Part shown: positions 25,582 through 38,030 of the stretch, piece after piece
Layout: each line of letters begins with the position of its first letter
How positions within the stretch are numbered: the stretch's first letter is position 1
The notes under the pieces: model-generated
Told to the model about the DNA's origin: nothing
What the model saw: the letters and a program-made list of their open reading frames with translations, nothing else
Database searches by the model: none
Position numbers and translations under genes: made by a program
From: the human T2T-CHM13v2.0 reference genome, Homo sapiens
Assembly: GCF_009914755.1 (NCBI RefSeq)
Contig: NC_060929.1
Length of the DNA: 64,000 bases
Strand: one strand, 5' to 3'

Positions 25582-27649
25582 TTAATTGCAGGTGAGCCTG
25601 TATTGCCATTTTAAAAGATTTTTCCAAGTCTGTCTTGACATAGCATTCATTTTGTATTTCATAAATGAGAAGACTGTGAAGATTAAATCAAAAAAGCTAA
25701 CAGTGCTGGTCAGGAGCTAGAAAACTTGGGGTGGAGCTTGAGGAAAGAAGACTATGAGAATGATTTTTAAAACATCATCTATATCTTAGAGCATAAAATG
25801 GGGTAAAGATAAACTATTAACTGACACAGGGTGCAAAGCACCACAAAGCAGCACAAATAGCTTTATAGCTTCTGTAAATCCTAAGGATCTTCCTAAGACT
25901 CACATCCCTCTACACCCCTTCAAATCAGATTATTCATTTCCTTTTCCCTCTCTGCTGTACAAGTGACAACAGCTACAAAATGCATCACCCAAAGGGAAGG
26001 TCGTTAAAAAGGCCTGAAGAATATAAAGTGTCAAGCAGTTTGGCTTTAACTGTGGCCTTTGTCTAGCAGCACATAGAGTGTTGTCTTTTTGTTTTCTTCA
26101 TTTTTAAGGTTGTAGTATAATATATTACAGCCCAAGACCAACAGTTACAGCTTCCAGAGGTAGCTACTCCGTGATTAAGAGAACTCATTTACAGTATATT
26201 CCATATTTTTTATATAAAAAAATTAAACTGTACTTGCCTTATTCCACATTCAAATGGTTAATATATAACAATTATGGATATGACATAAATAGCCCTACCA
26301 GAGGCAGGTCAGAATATATATGACAGTAGGGAGATGTGAAAAACACAGAGAAAGAGAAGGGAAGAGCCAATTTATGCAAAAAGAGAAATCACACCTTCTG
26401 CTATTACTACATACGGTCTTGGAAATATAATATTTTATTAAAGTCAAATGAAGCATACTTTGTTAGAGTTTAGCCAGTTCAACTACAAAGAGTAAATACA
26501 AATCTAAAGTAAATATGCTTGCTGACCAAAGCATCCAATGACAATCTTATTTGAAATCATACCACATATTCGTATGACTGGAAGCCAACTTGCATAGCGC
26601 TCTTTATACGCAAAGACTGATTTTATGCTGGGCACAGGAAAGAAGAGAGAGTGGAAAGGCTGGAAGAGAGGTATGTCACATCAACCAACCTCCTAAACCC
26701 AGATGGTTTTCATCATCATAAATCATTTCCCCAAAGGCAGCAACCCATTTCATTTGCTAACATTGCTCTTGAACAACTTGCCTGGCAAGTAGCTTTCTCA
26801 TTAACTTTCAAAGACATCCTATCCATGTCATTCATCTCCTGCGAATATACGAATATAACATTTCCATTACCTTGACTTTTAATTTCCCCTTCAAAATAGG
26901 AATTTTATGAATTGATTTGACAGGTCATATAAGTCTCTTTATACTATTCATAAAACTTGCCTTCCAATATGCTTTGAAATTAAGATTATAAGCCAGTTCC
27001 ATATTAACATACTAATGCCTACCCAAAATTATGCTGGAGACAGCTGGCTAGGCACACCAAGCCTAATTAAAGAGCTAATATTTTTACAAAGGGATTAAAA
27101 GTTACTTGAGATTGAATAATACATCTTAATGACTTAAAAAAAAGAACTTTGGACTAGAAATGCTCTCAACATAGGAGGAAAGTAAGGGCTAAAAGCAGAT
27201 TGTAGGAAAAAGATTACTTTCTTACTTACATAAGATCCTCTCTCTTTAATCCCATCAGACACTATAAACAGGAGGAAGTTTAATCTAGCAATAAGAGCAT
27301 GACTTTTATTGTCAGACAAAGCTAGGTTCATGGCCTTTAATATAGTTATACCCAGTTTGAATCATTCTGCTTTCTCATGAAAAAAAAAAAAAAAAAAGAG
27401 AAAATATGGAAAGAAAGAATGACCTAGAAAAAAGTCTAGAATACAATACATACTGAAAAAAGACTGTTTCAGGTCTTTTGCTTTCTCACATAAACTAGCT
27501 CAGTAAACCAAAATACTCTCATAGTTTCAACTATACTCATGCCTCTCAAATATATAGTTTAGACTCTAATTTCTAATCAAAGCTTTAATTCTTAATTTCG
27601 AGTGGTCAGAATAGAGAAATCACATAACTTATCACATTATTACAATAAT

Positions 27650-28460
27650 GTTTACAATTCACCTGGGAATTTTAAAATGATATATACACTAATAATTATA
27701 TCTAAAGCCTGTACTTAATTATGTCATTTAGAAGACTGTAGACAACACCAAGCCACTCCATATAATCCACCAAAGGTACTTTTCCTTCCTATAAAAAATG
27801 ATCAGGAAGATTTGATCAATAATTCTTTTATTTTTCAAGGAGGAGAATTTCTTGTTTGTTGTGGCTACCATCTCAAAATGCCTTATAGTGTCTCTACTTC
27901 AACAAGAACATCCCTGTACCAATGATTTTCAATGTCCAGATTCCCAGATGTTATTATTCCTGACAATGAATCTGCATTTGTTTCAGATGCATTTAAGAAA
28001 TTTGTGAAGCTAGAGCTCATCTAACCTGTCATCATTACTCTTCATCACCCTCAAGCAAATGGTCAGGCTGAAAGAATGATGCAGACCACTAAGGAAGCCA
28101 TAAAGTAAACTATCAGAAGAAAGTGACTGAGGAGATTTGCCCAGCTTTTCATCACTCAACATATCAGTCCAAGTGGGACAACAGAAGTCAGTTCTCCTGA
28201 ATAAAAAAGGCAGCAACATTGCAACTGTGCCTTTGACAGTTCCCATATAAAGCTTAGCTTAGAATTTATAGACAAACCAGAATGTACTCTGGGAATAGTA
28301 CTCATTCTTAATTCATTTTTCTAGAAGAATTTGTGTTGACTAGAATTTTAAATGAAACAGAAAGGGGCATGTTCCTATTTAACTAAAATCACGGTGTGTG
28401 TGTTATTACAAGGGCTAGACTGTAGATGGAACTAAGTGGCATAACACTAACAAGAGCAAT
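27650..28460 (+). mobile_element. Fossil Ty3/Gypsy-type integrase coding sequence (multiple stops and frameshifts)
   Basis: The frame from 27938 reads RFPDVIIPDNESAFVSDAFKKFVKLELI*PVIITLHHPQANGQAERMMQTTKEAIK*TIRRK*LRRFAQLFITQHISPSGTTEVSSPE. D (27962) and E (28070) are separated by exactly 35 codons. Upstream fragments read HLGI, DCRQHQATPYNPPK and FQG/FLFVVATISKCLIV; a downstream fragment reads TVDGTKWH. Confidence 0.85.
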
Positions 28461-28684
28461 TCAGTGTTATGTTCAGGTTTTTTACATTCCTGCTAGTATT
28501 TTATTTCTTTTAAGTTCATTATATGCCACTGTGTACTTATTTTAAGTTCAGATATATTATATGACAAAGTTAACCAAGAATATTTTCTTTCACCAAAAAT
28601 AAGACTCAAACCCTCTTTTTCTGCTTAACATCAATCAAATCTCCAAAAAGTTAGGAGAATTTGGAAAGGAGTACAGAAAAGAGT

Positions 28685-29059
28685 GAATGTGTCTACCAAA
28701 TACTTCTAGCTTTCCTTTTTCTGGTCACATGGTAAGATTGCCCTTAGCCTCCCCTTTGGTATCCTACATGAACATGGGATATACTTTGACCAATTATTTT
28801 AAGCAAAAGTGGTATGTGTCACTTCTAGGTGAAAGTTCAGGCAACCTGTGACGGATTCATTACATCATTTTTCCCTGGTGAAGAAGCCTGAGTTGAGATA
28901 AAGCATCAATCATCTTGGGTCCCAGGTTTACTACAATAAGTAGAGCCTCTTGCCAATCCCTCTTGGGTATGTATGAAGAGAACAAGAAATAAAATTTGTT
29001 ATATTAAGCCACTTAGATTTTGGATTACTGCAGAATAACCTAGACTATCTTGACTTACA
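28685..29059 (+). mobile_element. MLT1J/I-like MaLR LTR
   Basis: 'ctttgaccaat...gcaaaagtggtatgtgtcacttctagg' and 'caagaaataaaatttgttatattaagccact...cctagactatcttgact'. Confidence 0.7.
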
Positions 29060-29504
29060 TAAAATTAATCAAAATAATAAAATATTAATAACTGAAGTCA
29101 TAAAAAGTTTTATGCAAAAAAGTTAATTTTTTGCAGTATTAAATTCAAAAATGAAAACCAACTAAGGGTTTGACTTAATTATTATCTACAACTGTAGGAA
29201 CAGTGTTGGTTGGGTTTTTTTTCCCCCTAAAAAGGTGTTTACCATTTTGCAAAAGGAATATTTCTGTTAAACAAAGGAAACCAGCATGAACCAATATAAT
29301 TTTGAGTTGGAAGTAAGAGAAAATAAAGGAATCTTCAAGTCATGAAGGAAGAAGGTGAAACCAAGGAAGGGTAAAGGATGAAGACAGTGTGGTCTCCTTC
29401 CTAAATAACTGTAATAAGGACCATACTTCTATCACTCCTGGATTATTTCCACTGGCAACCGTTAGAGAATTTTAGACTTTAGAATAAAGAATTTTAGAAT
29501 AAAG

Positions 29505-29670
29505 CTGAGGGATCCTCAGAGGGAACTGTGCATTAGCTTACGGGGCCTGCAAACGGACAAGGCCAGTGGCTAAATTATGTGTACCTAGGTACACCTTTCA
29601 GAGAAGACATATAGCTTTATTCAGATTCTCAAAGGGGTCTCTAACCCCAAATAAGGCTAAGAACCATGGT
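29505..29670. mobile_element. hAT-Charlie-type MITE fragment
   Basis: Typical terminus 'agctttattcagattctcaaaggggtct...aaggctaagaacca'. Confidence 0.5.
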
Positions 29671-30559
29671 TATATATTAACCCCACTTGAAATAGGGTAT
29701 TATAAAGCATAATCTCAGTTTTCTACAACTGTCTTGGGGATAACAAATCTGTAGTCTTACTTTCACTCTCAAGTCAATGTAGGAGATGGCAAGAATTTTT
29801 ACTTTTCCCACCTTAAACTACCTATTAGTTTTGCAGAGCAGGAACCATAACTTGAATTCTAACCAAGAAATTAATCAGAGTTAACTTTAAGAGGTTTAGA
29901 GAAAATATCTTAAAGGGGCTGGGGGCTCTCAGTTTTTTACCCTATCCCTAAGGTCCATTCTTGTCTCCCAGTAAAAAGATTAACAACAACAAAAAGGTTG
30001 GCTTAGCCTCTTACACAGTGCTTTTTTAGGCTTTCAGAATCTAAACTTTCCAGACTCAGTCGTTGTAGGGCTCAGGCTTGTTGACTGCTGTATGCCTCAA
30101 TGTCCCCAAGCTCCCAGAGTCTTCCCACTGACTACTCATGGCAAAAAGGAAATTAGAGGGCAAGCTTGTCTTTAAAATTTCTCTTTTTTTCCCCTCCACA
30201 ATTCTGTTTGTTTCCATTTTATTATTAATACCATATAAAATAGAGTTATACAATGAATATGTAAAGAACACAAACTGATGTTTTCAAAAACTTTTCCAAG
30301 CATGTCACTCAAAGACAGAAAGCAAGGTTCTTAAGGCATGATTATGTTGATCATAGGCTAGGGAAAGAATCAGAAGCACGAGTTTCCTCCCACCAACCTA
30401 TTCTCCCTTCCCTCTATTTTATGAAGAAAATAGTGGCCTTAAAATTTAACTGAGTTCTGTTTCTGGATACAGTGAAATTGCTTATGGAAAAGCAGCACTC
30501 TCACCAAGAACACAAAATGGTAAAAAAACAAAACAGACAAAACCTAATCTTATGTGATG

Positions 30560-30740
30560 TGGTGGGAGGGGACTGGGGTATGGTACCAGGGACTTCTGGG
30601 AGAATTGACAATGTTCTATTTCCTGATCAGGATGGAGATTACATAGATGTGTTCACTTTGCAGGAATTCATCAAACTGTAAACCTATAATTTGGTACTTT
30701 ATGTAGGATATATTTCAGTAACATATTTATCTTTAAAAAA
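30560..30740 (+). mobile_element. Old L1M(E/C) 3' UTR fragment
   Basis: 'gggacttctggg...aatgttctatttcctgatc...gattacatagatgtgttcactttg..aattcatcaa'. Confidence 0.65.
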
Positions 30741-31613
30741 TGCTAACTTATTTTAGCAGGCCTAGTGAATACCTGGAAATACATCATTTGTAAAATCCAA
30801 GCATATGTACATTTTCTCTGAGAAGCTTAACTTTTAGACATTCTACTGCATGTGTTCAAATTTACTCCCACTGTAATTATTCTCTCCTGGCAGTTTTACA
30901 TAAGCCTTAGTGAGAGATAGTCTCCTTTGGCTGGTAAGTTCATGAGCAACACAATCTTGCATAAAGTAATGCCCATCTGACACTGCATTTACCTTTAATA
31001 TAGATTATGGTTATATACTTTGGAAAACTGCATTGCATGTGGTCAAATGTCCATCTCCTCCCATCCCTATAACTCATTTATCAGTTTCATGATGGCAGAA
31101 AGGAGATTTTCTATCTATCCAAAAATTACAAAATAAATATCCTGTTCTAAATTTTAAGTAGACAAAATTTTGAAACATTGCTTGCAAACTACACTTATTA
31201 ATAGCATTACAGCACGTAACAATAAATCACTTTGGAAGGTAATTGAATCTCATAAGTTTCAATAATTTATAAGAAAATATCCAGAGATAATAGTAACACA
31301 TGAAAAAGAACAATAGGACCAACAGTCTACAAATAAAAGCTAGGGAACACAAAAATGACACAATTATCAAATTCAAGAATTTGAATTTCTATTCACAATT
31401 GACAGAATATATAAAGGCAACTGTAAAAACCACCTACAAAAAATTAAAATGAGAATATTAGAAAAAATTTGGTAGTGATACTGAGTAAAGGATTTCTGTA
31501 ACTTGTTTAATTGTACTGAGCAGCAGCAGCTATTACATTGATTTTACTCTTATAAAACAATTTATAAATTTTATTCTTAAAAAACAAAAGGACATATTAG
31601 TGCTATAAAATAT

Positions 31614-31681
31614 TAACTAACCTGCACAATGTGCACATGTACCCTAAAACTTAGAGTATAATAAAAAAAAAAAAAAAAAAA
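31614..31681 (+). mobile_element. Extremely 5'-truncated L1HS (3' terminal ~50 nt plus poly-A)
   Basis: Matches 'taactaacctgcacaatgtgcacatgtaccctaaaacttaGagtataat' followed by a pure A tail, with the L1HS-diagnostic G at 31654. Flanking ATATTAA repeat at 31610-31616 and 31683-31689. Confidence 0.88.
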
Positions 31682-31832
31682 TATATTAAAGAATCTCTAC
31701 AAAATATGCTTACTTATATACCTAATAAATCAATGAGGGCTAAAATAAAAGTGTATGTAATTTAATAAGATGAAAAAATACATTGGCTAGGTTCAGGTAA
31801 GAAACTCTTAGATATTTTAAAATACTACATTT

Positions 31833-32522
31833 AGGCTATTATTAAAAAGTTAAAAAACAACAGATACTGGCAGGATTGTGGAGGAAATTGACTGCTTATA
31901 CGCTGTTGGTGGACATGTAAATTACTTCAGCCACTGTGAAAAGTAGTTTGGAGATTTCTCAAAGAACTTAAAACAGAGGTACCATTCAACCTAGCAATCC
32001 CATTACTGGGTATATGCCCAAAGAATATAAATCATTCCACCAAAAAGACACATGCACTCATATGTTCATCTCCACACTGTTCACAATAGCAAAGACATGA
32101 AACCCACCCTATCAGTGGTGGTTTGGATAAAGAAAATGTGGTACAAATACACCATGAAATACTATGCAGCCATAAAAAAGAGCAAAATCATGTCCTCTGC
32201 AGCAACATGGATGCAACTGGAGGCCATAATCCTAAGCAAATTAATGCTGGAACATAAAACCAAATACCACACGCTCTCACTTGTAAGTGGGAGCTAAACA
32301 CCGAGTACACATGGACGGAAACATGGGAACAACAGATACTGCAGACTACTAGAAGGGGAAGGGAGGGAGGAGAGTTTGGGTGGAAAAACTACTTATTGGA
32401 TGCTATGCTCACTATCTGGGTGACAGAGTCCATACTCCAAATCTCAGCATCATACAATATACCCATGTAACAAACCTGCACATGTGCCCCCTGTATCTAA
32501 AATAAAAGTTAAAATTAAAACA
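31833..32522 (+). mobile_element. Old primate L1 3' end (L1PB/L1PA15-16 class)
   Basis: ORF2 C-terminal and 3' UTR motifs ('agcaatcccattactgggtat', 'gcagcaacatggatgcaactggaggccat', 'catgtaacaaacctgcacatgt...aataaaagtt'). Confidence 0.9.
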
Positions 32523-33444
32523 AAACACTATACTTAGTTGATAACATTTAATAATTACCATCATATGGGAATATTTACATCTATTTTTTCAGGCATTAGT
32601 AATTCTTGCCAGAGTATTATCTAATTGGAAATGGTAAGAATTTGTATGAGCACGGATTTGAGGTTTATAACAACATTACTTTTTTCAGATAGATTGTAAA
32701 CATCTAGACTTAATTCAGAAATAAGATTTCAGAGGAAATGTAGAAATTATCTAAAAGGACAACCTGTTTTTAAGAACTTCTGAAGTTTCTGTTTATGTTT
32801 GAAAAATGGATACACTAACCACAAATCATTGTATCTTCTTTTTAAATTGGGTACAGAAAGATCCTCTATTTGTCAATAATTTAAATATCTTAATTAGTTT
32901 TCTAAACGTTCAAAATCCTTTTAGAAAACAGTTCATCAATTACATACCACAGACACTAAATCTACAGTTTTTGTGTATGTGTGCATATGTTCACCAATTT
33001 CAATTAAAATCTATGACAAAATTAAAGAAATTATTTTTGTTTTTGGAAGACATAAAATAACTGAGGATTATGGAAGTCTACTATTTAAATAAATATAAGT
33101 ATTAAAAACTATCTATTTGACTTAGTTAACTAGATTTCTCCTGAGCCACATTCAACTAGAAAAGTAGCACTTAACATATAACCTGCTCCTGTCAATGAAT
33201 TCTTCATAAAATTTTCAATAAACAAATCACAGTATAACATTTTAGTAATAAGTATCTTAAAATTTGAGGTTCAATGATGTGCATAACTGTATGCTCATAG
33301 TAACCTCTGTTATTCAAAAATATCTGTTGCTTTTGGGTGATACACAAGAAACACGTCATAAAATATGACAAAAAAGCATTGTTAACATGACAAAAGTATT
33401 CAGTGCACAAGGCAAAGGCATCTACTCAGAGTTGCTATTGATGG

Positions 33445-33610
33445 TTTGGTTCCTAGCTTCATATTACAATTACCTGGGGAGTTTCTTAAAAATACTGATG
33501 CTCAGGCCCCATGCTCAGAGATTCTAAATCACTTGGCCTAGAGTTTCCAGGACTTTTGCATACTTTACAATGCTCCCTGGAGAGTTCCTAAGCACCGTCA
33601 TGGTTGGGAG
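33445..33610. mobile_element. MER5A-like MITE
   Basis: 'aattacctggggagtttcttaaaaatactgatgctcaggcccca...agagattct'. Confidence 0.7.
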
Positions 33611-33874
33611 GCTCATGACATAACAGCTTTTAAGTAGCTACTGTACTACATCCACAGTCTACCCTTACTAGCTATGGTTAACCCTAAACAATTCCAGATA
33701 AATAAATAACTAGATTTCAGACTAGTTACCTTTATCTGGCCTCAGAAGAAAGAAAGGTGAAATCATACGTATTTTCTATTTTTTAATCCTTCCAACCTGG
33801 ATAATAATTCCAAATTTCCCATTTACATTTTTGCCTTGAGTCTGCATATTTCAAACAGAGCTCATGACCAACAG

Positions 33875-34070
33875 GAAGGTTGTGAAACAAATTTCATGTG
33901 TTGTGACAAACTTTAAAACAAACAGAATAGAGTATATCAGAGATCATCACATGTAGTAAGAGTAAGCAGGATTTTGTGAAACTTTTGTCTCAGTTGAATA
34001 TACATATATGTGTATGAATACATATGCCGAGTGGTAAAATAAACCGTATTTTTACAATAGATTGTTGGGT
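33875..34070. mobile_element. hAT-Charlie-like fragment
   Basis: 'gtgaaacaaatttcatgtg...atcagag..catcacatgtagtaag...gtgaaacttttgtctcagtt'. Recalled similarity. Confidence 0.45.
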
Positions 34071-34231
34071 TCTCAGCTGATTCCAGCTGCTTGTCCTTTT
34101 CTCACTGTCTGAAAACTGATACTCTTCGACAATGTCATGAAAAGAAGTTTATTTAGTCATAAGCTTAATCAAGACAGTACTGAACTCATAAAAAATCTTC
34201 TGAGAGAATAATCATGGCATATATCTTGTAA

Positions 34232-34426
34232 ATTCAGACTACAGTGGGGAGAGTATGCACATTAACTTATAATTTCTATGCCAAGCATTTTTTTTTGGCT
34301 CTTTCTCCAAACATTTTACTAATATCTTACGGCATACAGATTGGTCTCTTGGTCTCCCAACTTACAGGAGACATTTTTTGGAGGTTGTATTTTTAATTTT
34401 TTTTCAATATTGAAAAATTTTATAGG
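34232..34426 (+). repeat. Left arm of a ~190-bp inverted repeat
   Basis: Reverse complement of 36096-36283. About 10 substitutions plus an 8-bp tandem duplication (ttggtctc) present only in this arm. Confidence 0.95.
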
Positions 34427-36095
34427 CATGAGCATTTCAATAACTTCATTAAAGAAGAAATTCTCCAAGATTTTTGTTCATGAATATTATAGTACTCCAA
34501 GCTTTTTTTTTTAATTCAAACTGTTCAGTAATAGTTTTCAGTTTGCAAAGTTATCAAAAAGGATAGAATAGTTTACATTAGAATAAATGTAACATTAGAA
34601 TAAATGCAACATTATTGTTCATATACATGGAAAGTATATATTTTTATTTGAATAACTATCCTTTCAAGAAGATCATATTACAATGAAGATAATGTTCCCA
34701 CATACTCTCTGAATAGTCTGAGATTTAATAAAAATGCCATCTGCCAATGTCACAGATTACCTCCCTTATCTATTTCCCACTACCACCCAACACCCAGGTT
34801 CTGGTCCAACCCAGACCACTCAAGAGTGCTTCTGCTTCCCTTCATTCACGATGGGCACTGTAGTCACATCATCATGGCATGTGGCCATGTTGGGTCACTG
34901 AGATTCACTGAGAGGTTAATGGGTCCAATATGCCAGGATGGGAATACCCCATGAAGCCAGGCATTATTTTCCAATATGACATTTTTCTTAAATTACTTTG
35001 TATCTTTCCAATAAGTCTCTTTTTACTTGATCCAATTAATAGGTTTCTGTTCACTCATTCATTTATTGAGCAGTTACTGTGTGCCAGACAGGTGATAATA
35101 ACCAATAGGGCAGTGTAGTTCCTGCCTTTGTGTCATTTACTTTATTACAATAAAACTTGCCCTGATTAAAACAATTTATGTTATTCTCCTCCCTTGAAAT
35201 GGATTTTAAGTCAAGGCCAATCGGCTTTAGTGTTTGCAGAGTAACCAGGACAGCAATGACCAGGGCAGTGTCATGCACATGAACTTGGTGACCACTTGCA
35301 CAGCAGAATGTTCCTGAAGGCTCTTTGTCTCTATTTGCAGTAGAAGTCCTAACAAGGCCAAGGACAAAACAATAGATGGCAAATATTCCTACACTCTGGA
35401 GTTGCTGCAACATCTGGTAGGACTTGCAAAGGCGCAGCTATTCTGACCGTTAGCTTATACCCCACATACAGCCTTTAAAAGAGGTCAAAGGGAGACAAAA
35501 AATCCTAGAGAGGATTTCTTTTTAGAGTCCCATTGGCATGCTAAGACCTAACTCTTTATTGGATTTTAATGACAGTGGAGGGAAAGGCAAATGTTTTCTG
35601 ACTTTGCTGTATGAGTCTTGCTTGTTCAATATGGCAGTTAAACTTTTTAATAGACTGGGGAGTAATACAATGTAGTCCAAAAAAAAAAAAAAGTTCGAGT
35701 CAAGAAGCCTAGTCTGCAGTTGGTCACCCCTTAGCCATATGTCCTGAATATATCATTCACTTCTCTGAGACTCACCTGCTTCATCTCTAAAATGGGAGTT
35801 GAATTAGACCCATGGAACCCTTCAAGTGGAAATCTCCATAATTTCTGACCCCTATTCCCTGCTCTATGGGTGCATTTGGGTGGTGGTAAGGAAAGGCTGC
35901 TCCAGCGGTAGAGTTTTAAAATCCCGGAACCTGCCTGAGTCTCCACACTTCTGTGGTCTCCTCCAACATGAAGCCTTCATGATTTGACTTTTCTTGGAAA
36001 TCAAGACCTTTGGTCATTTCGTTGTTCCCATCACTGTCATTATTGACCACAGTCCCTTTGTTGAAGCCATTCATCATCTGGCTCTTCTCATTTCC

Positions 36096-36283
36096 CCTAT
36101 AAAATTTTTCAGTATTGAAAAAAAAATTAAAAATACAACCTCCAAAAAATGTCTCCTGCAAGTTGGGAGACCAATCTGTATGCCGTAAGATATTAGTAAA
36201 ATATTTAGAGAAAGAGCCAAAAAAAAATCTTTGGCATAGAAATTATAAGTTAATTTGCATACCTTCCCCACTGCAGTCTGAAT
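36096..36283 (-). repeat. Right arm of the ~190-bp inverted repeat
   Basis: For example, 'ccaatctgtatgccgtaagatattagtaaaat' is the exact reverse complement of 'attttactaatatcttacggcatacagattgg' in the left arm. Confidence 0.95.
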
Positions 36284-37148
36284 CAAAAAGCATGGTTTTT
36301 CTCTACATCCTTTGTGCTTACAAAACCCACTTCTTCAGGAAAAAAGAAAAATAATAAAAAAAAATTTCTTTTCAACTCTCACATTTTAAGTACCTGCCTT
36401 AGACCTAAGAGTAAGTCTCTAGGCTAGCTACAACATCCCCTTAACATTCATACCCTCTCCAGCTTGTGAATTAACAAAATGACAGATATTTTTTCATAGT
36501 TGAACTTATTTGGCTTATTAGGCTTCTCCTATTCTAGAGCATTACATATTTTAATTCCTTAATACTTTTGGAAAGTTGCTTCAATTAATTAAGTGATGAT
36601 GTGTTTGTTGAAACATGCTGGTTTAACCATTGTCTACTGGTCTCTTCTTTTTAAAAGAATGTAAGGGCAATGAGAAGAGCCACTTATTGTGGCATTGTTC
36701 TTTTAAATACTGCCTTTAAAATGACCTTCTTTTACAGTTGTAAAGTGCTAAAGAAAATCATTTTGCAATGCTATTTCAGATATTCAGGCAAAATCATCCC
36801 TGTAGTGATAAAAGAATATGCCCTTAGAAATTCAAGATTTTTCATAAAAAATATTCAACAGAAGTCAAAGAAATAAAAGGAAAAAGGTGATTCGCCCTTG
36901 TTGTGTCTGAAATGGACCCATAGAAGTTATTGTGATGCCTTAGTAAATAAGGATTATTTTTAGAATGGTGTACACATCATTATCATAACAGGGCAAAATT
37001 TTTTGATTCTTGCTTAATGGTCATTAGCAATAATGGACTCTAAATCTTCAAATCACAAATTTCCTTCTTATGCTCCTCTCTAATAATAACCATCATTTTT
37101 CTATTTCCTACATAAATCTACTATTTTACATATGAATAAATATACATG

Positions 37149-37640
37149 GTGGGATGATTGATTTTATGTGTCAATTTGACTGGGTCACTGGGTGCCCAGA
37201 TATTTAATTAACATCATCTGGGGTATGTGTGTGAGGGTGTTTTTGGATAAGAGTAACATTTGAACTGGTAGACTGAGGAAAGCGGTTACTCTCCTACATT
37301 TGGATGGCCCTCATCCAATCAGCTGAAGGCCTGCATAGAACATAAAGGCTGAACCTTCCACAAGTAAGAGAGGATTCCTCCTGCCTGCCTGAGCTGGGAG
37401 GTTGGTTTTTTCCTGCCTTTGGACATGAACTGAAACATTTGCTCCTTTTGGGTATCAAGCCTGCCAGCTTTCAGACTGGAACTTATACCAGCAGCTCTCC
37501 TGGGTCTCCAGCTTATTGGCTGCAGATCTTGGAACTTCTCAGTCTCTGTAGCTGTGGGAGTAAATTCCTTAAAATAAATCTCTTTCTATGTATGCATATA
37601 TCATATAGGTTCTGTCCTTTGAAGAACCCTGACTAATAAA
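37149..37640 (+). mobile_element. MLT2-type (ERVL) solo LTR
   Basis: 'gattgattttatgtgtcaatttgactggg...tgcccagatattt' through 'ttctgtcctttgaagaaccctgactaata'. Confidence 0.88.
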
Positions 37641-38030
37641 CATAGAAATAAATTTTCAAATCTATTAAATAAGTAAATATGTATCTCACATATAAACTTG
37701 AGCCCATCCCCCTCTCTGGAATTCCATAAAAAATAATTTTCATAGCCTTTAAAATCCTCTACAGTTCCAAGGACCTGCCCAGGGCAAGGAGACTGAAACT
37801 TTTTATTTTTAACTCTTTTTTTCTTACAATTTTATTTTTTAGGGGTGTATTTTTAGGAGGAGCTACCAGCAGAACTATATCCCAGCATTGCTGATACTAA
37901 GGTAATGCCCGTTTACTTTCCTCTGTTTTGTGTGGCTCATTGCAACCAGGGACTGGAGGTGGTGGTGGAGGAGCAGGAGAGTAAGTGGGGGTTCTGGATG
38001 GTACCAAAATGACCACATACAAAGACAGCA

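Noticed and set aside
35063-35413. 116-aa ATG-initiated minus-strand ORF inside the inverted-repeat spacer, with a possible GC donor (AGG|GCAAGT) near 35160
   Set aside because: No recognisable domain or known N-terminus, and its 3' end runs into an L2 remnant. Without transcript evidence it cannot be supported as an exon.
34232-36283. Reading the inverted repeat as the TIRs of a DNA transposon
   Set aside because: No target-site duplication, no recognisable TIR terminus and no transposase. The spacer holds ancient L2 and MIR fragments much older than the arm divergence implies.
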